DNA of 64,000 nt, taken from positions 1,974,689 through 2,038,688 of the forward strand of contig CM074809.1 in assembly GCA_037447605.1 (NCBI GenBank). The letters are read 5' to 3'. The first letter of the stretch is position 1. Every line of letters starts with the position of its first letter. Positions 13,060-23,669 of this stretch are shown here, one piece after another. The stretch is from Zygnema circumcarinatum SAG 698-1b. Taxonomy: Eukaryota > Plantae > Zygnematophyceae. Below the pieces are notes generated by a model. That model was not told where the DNA came from. It made no database searches and saw only the letters and a list, made by a program, of their open reading frames with translations. The position numbers and the translations under genes were made by a program.

Positions 13060-13600
13060 GCGTGTACATGGACATGTACATGTACATGTCCATATACATG
13101 TACTTTGTCCATGTACATTTGACGGCCTCGCCATCGCGAGTTCAATGGACGTTTCATCCCCGAAGATGCACCTTCAGTACAGTACAGCAGTCGGTTTGTC
13201 CGCAATACAGTACGGAACCGTACCGTACTCTTTCGCAAGCGGACCGCGATGTTTTCGGAGAACCGTACTGCTTCTGATTATCGAACTGACCCAAGATTCT
13301 CCTTCAGTACGGTACGGTACCATCCTGAGGCCGGGGTTCGGTTCCCTTGAGCGACGGGGCGCCAACGTGGCGCCAACGTGGCAAATAAGGACTCTCATTT
13401 GCACGGTTCCACAGAATGACATTGACCGAAATGAACATTCGCCCAATCGCACGCCGGCACGTGGCGCCAGTTATCCACTCGATGCCACGCGCGGTACGGC
13501 TGCCACGCTGGCTCATGGCCGTACGTTGAAATGTGTACGGCGGAAGCTCGACGTGAATCGACGGTCTCAAATAGTCCACGTGGCGAGTGCTGATTGGAGA
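13060..13600. promoter_or_regulatory. GC-rich island between divergent GH31 and SET genes: CATGTA palindrome, CCGTAC cluster, G-boxes, ERSE-like element
   Basis: 36-bp palindrome at 13063-13098, nine CCGTAC/GTACGG hexamers at 13210-13540, and CCAAT-N9-CCACG on the minus strand at 13579-13597. Confidence 0.55.
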
Positions 13601-13873
13601 CCGTGGCTTACTAGAACTCCGCCAGTTCCGAGTTTCTGGGCCGCATAACTGTCCATCCCTGTGGAGCGGGAAAAAAACGCCAATCCGGCCTAAGATCCGG
13701 TTGACGATTTTTCGGAGGATGGCCGGAGGCCGGGCCCGAGAGGGAGAGCGAGAGGGAGCGACACAGGGAGCGAGAGAGAGGGAGGGAGAGCGCCCAAGGC
13801 CCTGGGGAGGGACTGCGGCTGCATCTGCAGCTGCCCGGGGGGTGCCGCGTGGCTACGCTTGCGCCTGCTTCCG

Positions 13874-16800
13874 ATGGGAGGGAGGGCAGCGGATGTCGAC
13901 TCGGGAAGCGGAGAGGACAGCGGAGAGGACAGTGGGAGCAGCGGCAAGGACGAGAGCCACAGCGAAGAGGATGGGAATGCTGATGTGGAGGAAAGCGGGA
14001 ATGTAAGGGATGATGAAGCAGGGAGACAGAGAGAGAAAGAGTCGGATGGCGACCACACGGGCGATCTACCGGAGGATTACATGGAAGACTGGGAGAGCCT
14101 TACGTGCGACCTGTGCGGGGGAGGGCCGTCGCTTGAGGCAGGGCCGTGGTACTCGTCATGCTGTGGGAAACTTCGACTTCTCTGTGATTGCGCAGCGCAG
14201 GAAAACGAGTGAGCTCCGTTTCTTGCTTGCCTCAAACTCTGTCGTTGCATGGAACAAACATCCCATGCCCAAAAAGCCACAGCGAACGTGGCGTTTCGAT
14301 GTGAAGCCTTGTCATCAGCAATAGGTACAAAGTCGCATAAGATGTGAATTTTGTTAGTGAGTAATGAACTCTCGGTGCTATAACCATTTGAAGTCAGTCT
14401 GAATCTGACTCGACTTCAAGTTTCAGGCATTGGTCGCAGCATTGATTAGCGTACACCAATTGCAATTGTTCCATCATTAACTGCCATTGAACAGCCACCT
14501 CATTGCGCGATTGACCTTACCCTCACCTCGTGTAATTAGCCATTTTTACCCTTTTTTTTGGAACGCTTTTTCGAATTGGGCGAATTTGACTTGACTAACA
14601 GTAACGTTACATTGCACCGGAAACAGGTGTACTTTGTCACATGCATTATCGTGCTTTATGAAGATAATAAGGCCAGGAAAACATTGTTGACACATTTTTA
14701 TCCTCACTTAACAAGCTATAGTACCTCGTCCAACAGAGAGTGCTGAGGGTGTTATCTATAATCTCTGGCAATTGCAAGAGCAGTAACATATATGCATATT
14801 CATACTGTATTGTGATTTTTAAATACGCATGTATTGTTAATATTCATAGCTATCGAGTCGATCTATCATTTTAACAAACGCCAGCGGCAAATGGACAAAA
14901 TAACGAATAAGATAGTAACCTTGGCTTGGACATAGAAGCACTTTGATCTTTAAGAGTATCAGGTTATGCCAAGAGTGTGAACATCACTACTCGTGAAGTT
15001 TCCAGTGCTGTTCGGCTTCGAATGTCTAATAACCACAAGCTTGAGTCTATATCAAGAAAAGGTTTAAAATCATTAGCACAGGTCTGCTAAGTGATGCGCA
15101 CGTGTCAAATCATTGCCATAATCGTCTTCATTATCTTCATAAATCATGTCAATGCATGTGTCAAAATAAAAAGTGTTTCCACTCTAGGGTACCTTTGTAT
15201 CAAGCAGCAAACTGAGAGTTAAAAATCCAATCAATTCGAAAATGCCTTTCTGGAATTATCTATCGACAAAAGCGTGTTTGCTTACATCGTTTTGAAAAAA
15301 AAAAAATTACGAATTCGTGACAAGACAGGAGCTATTTGCTCCTTTGAGCTTGTTTTATGGAAAGAAACGTCATTGGGACACAACGCGTCTTGCGTTTTTG
15401 CGGAGATGAACTTCTTGAATGCTCAGAAATAAGACCTGCAGGCTCTTTTCGCTTTTTTCCCTAGTCTTTTGAAATGCAAGCCACAGGCAATGATCAAGAG
15501 GGAGAACTCCAGCGTTCCTAAAAATGAAAGTATTCCCGGCAGCGGAACTCAGACTCCTTTCTCCTTGCGCTCTCTGTGTCCCCCTTACGTTCTCTGCAAT
15601 GACTCCCTCAATTCAGTGGCTTCCTATTCTCCTTTACATCCTTTGTTTCTATTCATTTATTTATTGATTTATTCTGTTCGTGCCCCCAATGTGCCGCGAC
15701 GGCCCGTCCCCACAGGCACGCGGCGCCGGTCTCGAGGGGCTCCCGCGGGAGGGCGAGGAGGGGCTATGCGCACCGAATGTGCGCCACGTGGTCCGCCGAA
15801 GTACGCGCCACGTGGCCTTGCTCCCCTCCTCTGCCTTTCGTCCAAGATTGGCAACTACTAGCACTACCACTTTAGAAGGATCTCTTATTGATAGTTCATT
15901 ACCTTGCATGTTCCCTTGTCATAGGGAGGCACAAAAGTACTTTTCTTAGACATTGCAAGTACAAGTATTTGTATTCTGTTTCTTTGTTTTAGATTAGTCT
16001 GGGTTCCTCTGAAATGAACATTGCGAAGATCCTGTGCATTTCACATATTTTTCTTCAGTGGAACTTAACCTTGTGAAGCGCATTAATGATTTGCTTGCTG
16101 ATTTGTTTGCGGCCTAAGATGATATTTTGGCTCGTGATTGTCTCAGTGCTTTTTCGACAGCGGAGGTTCTGTCGCGAATCTTCGGCAGGCTGTGAATCGG
16201 GGCTCCCGACTGGTGGGGCACCATATCTGTGAGAAATGCTGTTTCCTTCAAGTGCTTGTGCGTGCACAGAATCATTAGGCATCACGCTTAGCTCCTGAGG
16301 TCAACAGAGATGTCTGATTTCTTGATGGACTTCGCTGGTTTACGGCGGAGAAAAGAGTTTGGCTTGGCAGGCGGGTGAGAGAGAGATGAGTACACGCTCC
16401 TGCATCATGCAGAGTGCTGCAAGCAATGATGCTTGCCTTCAATAAAGATACCCTCCCACAATCTTGCCTCCTTTTGACCCGTCTCTATGACAGACATCAC
16501 ATCTCCTTGTTCCCTTCCCAGCCAGCTAACAGAGCCGTGACAGCATATCCTTCCTCTGAACCCTCCCCCCCCCCCTTGCCTCCCTGCAGCAGTGCGCGGG
16601 GTGCGGGCACAGCGGCGCGACTCTGGGGTGCCGCGTGCAGGCGTGCGCGCGGTCGTACCATTACCCGTGCGCTGTGGCGCAGCGCCTGCGCATGGGCGAC
16701 GGGGCCTGCGCTGTGCCGCTCGCCTGCTCGCGCCACTTCCACGTGCGCGAAGCGTGCAGGGCGGCCGCGGAGAGCGGGGACGTGCCCGAGGACATTCGGG

Positions 16801-19800
16801 CTCGGCTCAGACATGAGAGGGGGAGGGTGCCCCGGGGGGAAGAGAAGGGGGAAGGAGGAGGAGGAGGAGGAGGAGGAGGAGGGTGGGCGCAGGGCGGCGG
16901 CTGCACGACGGAGGAGGAGGTTGGCAGGAAAAGGGGGAGGGAGGGGGAGGAGGGGTGGAAGGGTGGGGAAGGTGTAAGGGAAGGTCGGATGAGGGGGGAC
17001 GAGCGAGAAGGTGTTGCAAACAAGGAGAGTGTGATGGAGGAGCTGGTGAGGAATGGCAGCAACAAGGTACGCGAACCCAATGGGAAAAAGTCGGTAGAAC
17101 TGGTTTCGGATGATGCATTGAAGAACATCAAGGTGAATTCGCGTCGTTTCTCCCGGGATTTCAGAAGAGAATAGCTAATTGGTTGCTAGTCCTTGAAAGT
17201 GTCAAAGCCCAGTATAGAAGCTTTGAAACTGTATTTTTTCGGTCTGATGCCATAAGGCTGTGTGGAGTTTCATTTCTAGTTCGAAATTTTTTGGTTGTGT
17301 TGGTGACATTTGCTGTTTTCTGGTGTCCATAGAATCGTGATCTTGCATAACTGACAGTAAGGACGGTTTTTGGAACAGGAGCATGCAGATGTGGCTGACG
17401 ACGTGTCAAGCGACAAGGAGAAAGGTTTGGGCCTTCTTCTGTGAGGCCCACAATCAGCACAATAAAATGAGAAATTATCATGACTTTCTGAACATTAGTG
17501 ATTTTCTTGAACACGAAGCTTGATGCTGATGTTGATAAACAAGCCATTCATGTGTATTTATTGGAGAAATACATTCTGGAATTGTGTGAGAGTTGAATGG
17601 AGGTATCGCTCGGGAAGTTGGGGTGGCAGTGCAAGCTCCATTATTGTACAAGTGCAGTAAAAAACGGACGAAAGAGCTATCTATGGATCGACGCAATGAA
17701 GTGGCTGAACAAGGTGTCCGAGGGGGAACAGGAGGTGGCATTATACCCTGGCCTCAAGTTTTATGTTTGTGTTTTTTTGAATTTCCTTTATGCAACTTGG
17801 TTGTTTCTTGCTATCTGAGAAAAAACGGTCAGCTTGATCGTGAAAGAAATGGCCTTTCATTTCGCAAACGTTTCAAAGGCTACAATAACTAGGTCGGTCT
17901 ATCAGTCAAAAGTCAGTTGAGGCTCGCAATCGGAGACTCGGGCTGGAAGAACGAGCGAGTTTTTGGATGACATGTGGGGTTGGTTTAAGTCAGTTGTGGG
18001 TGATCAGCATCTCCATTGTGACTGGATAAACAATCGCGATGCCCGCATTGTATGAGAACAGGGAGACGTGACATGTGTGGTCATTGTGATGTTCAGAAAA
18101 TAGGAGAAGAACTTTACGGACACCCGCTCTCTTTGATGAAAAAATGCTCTTTGTGTATGCAGGGGAGGCAGACGCGTTTCTGTGTAGCATGCGAGAGGAG
18201 TGCAGCAGCGGCAGCAAACTAAGGGAAGAGATGGGTCGTGGCCAGACAAGAAATGGAGAAGTGAGCAATGGCTGCAAGGTGACATACTCTCGAGTGTCAC
18301 TTTTCTTGAGGAATGTTCTTCATATGGGATTGCAATTGCATAAAGATGAAAAGCTGGGAAATTTGTACAATTATTAGCATGTCTTAATCGGGTAAAAGAA
18401 CGTATGAATGCAACGGTTATGTATCATGCTAGTGAAAGCTAACCTGTAGTTTCGTTTATCATGCATGTATTTACCTTGTGATCCTTCGAACCACCATTCT
18501 ACAGTTATTCTCTGTTGTATTTTTCTATAAGATATGAACATATGTCCTACCGCCATCGTGGAATGCTTCTGGACATGTCAATTGATGATGAGCCAAAGAT
18601 GACGATGTCTTCTAGCGAAGGAGGCCAGTTTGCAAGATGTGAAATGTGACATTGATCAAGTCCAATTGATGTGCTTTACAGGATCGTGTGTATAGAAACA
18701 TTCTTCAAACTGTAACCATCAAGGCGGGTGGAGAGTTCAGGCAGACAACTAGAATCGTACAGCTTGCGGTTAGAAGTTCTAGGGAGAAAGCAACGAGCAA
18801 AGATTGCCAAACATCATATTGTACGTCTGCAGAGCGAACGAGTGAAAGAATCTTAGGTGACAAACCAATAGATCATAGCTCCATTCCTAGGAACATGTTT
18901 TTTGAGAGTGCAAACGATGAAGAAAGCAAAGAAAGACCAGGGGTTGATGCGTTATTAGATAAGGTTGGCCAACCTGATTGTCCGGTTAACGATAGTTTGC
19001 CGTCAACAATAACACAGGATGTAGTGTACTTGGGTAGAAATGTGCTTTCTTTTGATCTTTCGCAGGGCTTGGAACCTTTTCCTATTCCCGTGACCAATGA
19101 TGTGGACGATCAGCCCGCTCCGACGATCGAATACATTATTCACCGCAGGTGATACTAAATGGAAACAACTTCAGCACCTTCGATCGTATGTATGTGATAA
19201 AAACTGACTTCAAAGTCTAGTTTTAAGCTCCTGTTCTAGTCTTACATACCCCAGTCGCTTTCCCAAAGGCCTAGTGTGCACATTAAGTAAGATTTATTCA
19301 AGATTGTCTTTGGGAAATCAGGTATCGTGGCATTCATCCCAGCACCCATTGGTCTCCTGCCCCGCCCTGCAAAGGCTGCCCTAAAAACCTGACTGATCCG
19401 GAGGCCCCTTTGTCCGAGCATGCGATGCATTGGCTTAAAGACCTTCCTGGATGCACCCTTTACGAACTTCGGCACCGAGACGAAAGAGAAGACTGGCAAG
19501 GGGAGAAGATGTATGGGCGGCTTCCTTACGACCGTTTTGGGCGTCTTCTGGTACACTCCGAACCGATTCCCCAGTTGAGAAGCAATTGGGCATTGTATGT
19601 TCGGGGGTCTCGAACCAGCTTACAACATGTGGGCATTGCAATTGTGTCACTATTCAGTGTAAACGAGCCTGGTAGTGGGAAGGGAAACAAGAATTCATGT
19701 GGAGTGTTATGGATAGTGGTCCTTTTTCTCTCGAATCCATAAGGGGCTTATGGCATGATGGTCCATGGTATGGGCACAGCTGGCAGAACGCCAAGATGTT

Positions 19801-21457
19801 GTGGAATGCAATAGCAGGTGTCCATGTGGGACGGATTGCCCAAACCGGGGTATCCAAAAAGGGCTTCAAAAGCGATTGGAAGTGTTCAAGACCCCCGATA
19901 AGGGGTGGGCTGTTCGAACTTTAGAACGCATTTATAGGTACAATTCGTTGTCTTCCCTGTGGTTTGTTGAATAGCCTCGTATGAACAGATTTCTTGTCAG
20001 TTTGCGATGACTGGAAGAGGCCGAATCTGTGTTCTGCATGTGCCTATTCCATTGGCCTATTGGTTGGCCGTTTCGATAATGGCAACGCTACAAGCAAGTC
20101 AAGCGACCATAGCAATCTTTATGTGTGTACGACATTTGTTGTGGGCAATGAACCGTTGGCCACTTTCGTGCTTATAGTCTTATGCCTGAATCCGCATAAC
20201 TGCTGGTTGTTTTTTGGGAAATTATCACTAAATGCTGCCCGTGTAATTTGGGAGCCATGCAGTGGTGCAATTGTTTTTTTTTCAAACAGGCGCTGAATCT
20301 TTGTTTGCCCCTCCTCCTTATAATGGATCCTCATTCCACTCTGCAAACTGAGGTGAATCACTTGCGCTGTGGAGGGAAGCAGGGGGGAATTTGTTTCGGC
20401 CTATGTTGGCGAAGTCCTTAGTGATGCCGAGGCTCGAAAGAGGGGCGAAGCGCAGGACGAGCAGCGACTGAGGTGCAGCGCAACCCTCCCCCCATGGGCT
20501 CAACGATGTGTTTGCAGGAGTAGCATGTGGTGACCAGATCATCTGTTTGTTGGGAAGCATATGGCATATCGCTTATCCTTGTTGCAATCGCCGCCGGCTC
20601 TGTCCTTTTCTGTGGCAGGAATTCATACAATCTATGGTGTTATTTAAAAACTCTTGTTCTGATATATGGTGTAATCTTGCTTTGGATTTCAGTGTTGCGA
20701 TGAGTTTTTGTCAGGTTGTTTGTCTTACACGACATCTGAAGCATTCCATGGCTGCTGTGCAGCTTTTTGTTCAATATAGATGCTCCGGGTGTGGCCGAAG
20801 AAGACATGCTCGTGATTGATGGCTACCATGCGTCAAATGTGGCACGCTTCATAAACCACAGGTGCAGCACATATTCCTCTCCTTTCCCTTATGGTTAAGC
20901 CTTTAAAAGCCTGTTGCCCCTGTGCGTTTACCAAAAGTTCGTAATTGGGCACATCACTGTGCCCAATTACGAACTGTCTGTGTTATATGTATTGTTGGAA
21001 GATCAATAGGCCCCTGAATGTGGTAACATATTTAAAAATCTGAAGTGCCTTCCCATTTGCTCTGCAAGTGCCAGATTCCCAAAAGAATATGCCCTTTTGT
21101 AGACATCAAACATCTGGTGGTTCTTATGGCGTAGCAGCTTTGTGATGGTGTGGGTTTTTATGCACTTCAGTTCTGATGACAGTGTTGATGACTTGCTTTG
21201 CTCTATGGTCTGTGATTAGCTGCGAAGGCAATATGGCAGTGTTTCGCGTCTATGTGGATACCCTTGAGTCGCGGTACGCCCAGCTTGCCTTGTTTGCCAT
21301 TTGTGAGATTGAAGTTGGGACGGAGCTCTCGTACGACTATGAGTACAATGTGAGCACTCCCGAGGATACCAAACACGGCCACAAAGAGTCCATTCCATGC
21401 CGCTGTAAAGCTGAGAAGTGTCGGCAATGGTTGTGGAACCCGCCAGACATATCGTAA
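13874..21457 (+). CDS. Su(var)3-9-type (SUVR5/G9a-like) SET-domain histone methyltransferase with apparent N-terminal extended PHD finger; middle exons unresolved
   Basis: SET part: [63 protein letters not shown]|SCEGN, ELSYDY and post-[12 protein letters not shown]-terminal part: [30 protein letters not shown] and [27 protein letters not shown]. The start at 13874 is the first ATG of the acidic first-exon frame. Confidence 0.75.
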
Positions 21458-22600
21458 CGTTACTCACACTCTAGAGTCCAACAGCAGCTTTGGGTGCTCC
21501 TCCGAAGTCTCCAAAAGGGGAATCTCTCTTTGAAGGCGCTGATGGCTGTGCTTTGGAAGCCAGTCATAGATAGGACAGACTTCGATGGTTGTTTGTAGGG
21601 AGGAAGAAGTCGCTGCTCTCACTTTGGGCACATGCCGAGCCTGGAGGAGCACTCACATTGGGAATAAAAGTTTGTACATGCACATTTGATGGCATCGCCA
21701 TCGTGAGATCAATGCAACATCTTTTCTTTTTGGACATCAGCTGGTAATCTTAAGTGAGCCCTAGTACTATGCCCATGTAGGGCAAAGTCTGAAGTGGAAA
21801 AATGCATATTTCATGGCAGAATCGAATGCTTCTTATCCGCAGCAGTTGGTAGCAATTCTTGTAAGGGCCTTTGGGTGTTCGCAAAGTAAACCCCTCAACT
21901 TAGCGGAATAGGAGAGCTCCAAACAATACGGCAAACAAGGTTTTGACCTTGCAGAGTCATGTCCGTCACTTCCTATTTGGCCACCGATCTGAGTACTTAC
22001 GAAGCAATTTATACTTCCTTCCTGGCGAGGGATGCGCCCCTTTTCAGCCATGTTGGAAATGCAGCATCAACAGAAGCATCTTCCAACGAGCATTCGTCGA
22101 ATAAACAAGTTTGACATTCAGAAATCGTCATTGGAAGTTGTTCGCAGGCCAAAACCTTCAGCAGTCAGCACACCCTTCAGAAAGCGACTTGGTGAGTACT
22201 AGCAGTGCCACGTGGCATAGCGGCATTGGCCTAAGAGTGATCCTCAATTGCTGCCATGTTTCTCCCATTTGTAAAGCCGTGAAATAACCCACAATTCTTG
22301 ATCCAAAAACCACAGATCGTCTTCATGTCTGACATTTGCTGTCATGCCACATCCGTCAACCATCAGTCGGATGATAACTTTCAATTAGATGCGAACAACC
22401 TCGAAGTGTATGCGGCTTTTGGTTTTGAATGCAGCCCAGTGGCCAAGATGGATGCAGTGAAGTCCCTTGCAGTCCTTGTTCCCTGCCGGCATCCGCGGTG
22501 TTGTTGCGCGGCCACACTCGCATGCCCATCACCATCATCGTCATCATCTTGCAACGAACACGCACAATCGGAGTGTGAACGGGCGAGAAAAGCTTCCAGG

Positions 22601-22906
22601 ACACGTGTCATATCTAACGGTCATAACCGAAACACGTGGCAATCCGCGGGGGTACACGTGACGAATTCAACGGTCAAAATCCGAAACACTGTCGTGACGG
22701 TGAGCGAGGGTACAGTGCAACTCGCGTTATAATGACAATGTGGCGTATCTAGCGGTCTATACCCGAAACCGTCATACGTGGCAGTCCAGGGGAAACACGT
22801 GACATATCCAACGGTTCAGATTCGAGACCTTCACAAGTGGTAGTCCGCTTGAGTACACGTGGCATATCCAACGGTCAAAAGCCGAACCATGACGCGTGGC
22901 AGTCCG
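22601..22906. repeat. Degenerate ~55-60 bp tandem repeat, five units, each with a G-box and an AACGG core
   Basis: Units start at 22601, 22654, 22735, 22795 and 22855. Consensus is ACACGTGNCATATCCAACGGTCAAAANCCGAAAC...CGTGGCAGTCC. Confidence 0.75.
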
Positions 22907-23669
22907 AGTTCTAGGACCGCGTTGTGAGCCTAGAAGTTGATTTCCGCTCACAGCTGGTTTTGCTTTTGTCCTTGGCCCGTTGTGACCCGTTTACGTGGTT
23001 CTCACATCAAGTGTGTGCAGAATCGAGCTTCAAGGACTTCCAAAAAGGATGGGAAAATGGCATTGAACTCACGATGGCGAGGCCATGAGATGTACATGGA
23101 CAAAAGCAGCATGGGGGACCACGAGGAACTGGCCGCAAAGGACCTAAGCACAAAAGGAAAAAGCTATGAGCAAAAAACAAAGCATTCATTGAATGATGAT
23201 TGATACTTTCATATTGGACACTATCCGATTAAGTACACAGCGCTCTCACGCGATACCAATTATACACTAACAAGGAAACCTTTTGAAGAGGATAATACAT
23301 CAAAATCATCCTTCGTTTATTCCCAAATTGTAAGTAACACAAAGAAGATTGAACGAATTTTTGTCGACTGAGTTACACAGCAATGTAGGAAACTGGAGGA
23401 CAAAGCCTCCAGCAGGAACCCGGTAAACAAACAGTCGTTGTATCTACAGGTTAGCTTTGACGGACCTCTATTCTGGATCAGACAGTATCTCCAGGAAAGC
23501 CGCATTTCAGGAGCCGGTTCCTAATAATAGGGCGTGTCAGACTTAACAAAATCTTACGGAAACCAATACGAAAACAAAAGCTAGGAAGAACTCCTTTCCA
23601 GACGGATCGATGGTGTCAAACTTACGAACAGGCACACTCTTGACGATTTTAAAGTCTGACAAGCCCTAA

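Noticed and set aside
15781-15816. Two GCGCCACGTGG G-boxes inside the SET gene
   Set aside because: The first is coding sequence (CATW) and the second is a short duplication just past the donor. There is no CCAAT partner at N9.
18688-19742. SRA/YDG domain (SUVH assignment)
   Set aside because: No SRA motifs were found. The exons here are the pre-SET lead-in and pre-SET, closer to SUVR5/G9a type.
21840-22060. Possible snRNA or telomerase-RNA gene on the minus strand (TATAAAT at 22013-22007 and a USE-like TTCCAACATGG about 34 nt upstream)
   Set aside because: The USE match is weak, the downstream sequence does not resemble any U snRNA I recognise, and there is no convincing telomere template.
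22601-22906. CRISPR-like repeat-spacer appearance
   Set aside because: Eukaryotic context, no cas genes, degenerate repeats, and spacers that resemble each other. It is a diverged tandem repeat.
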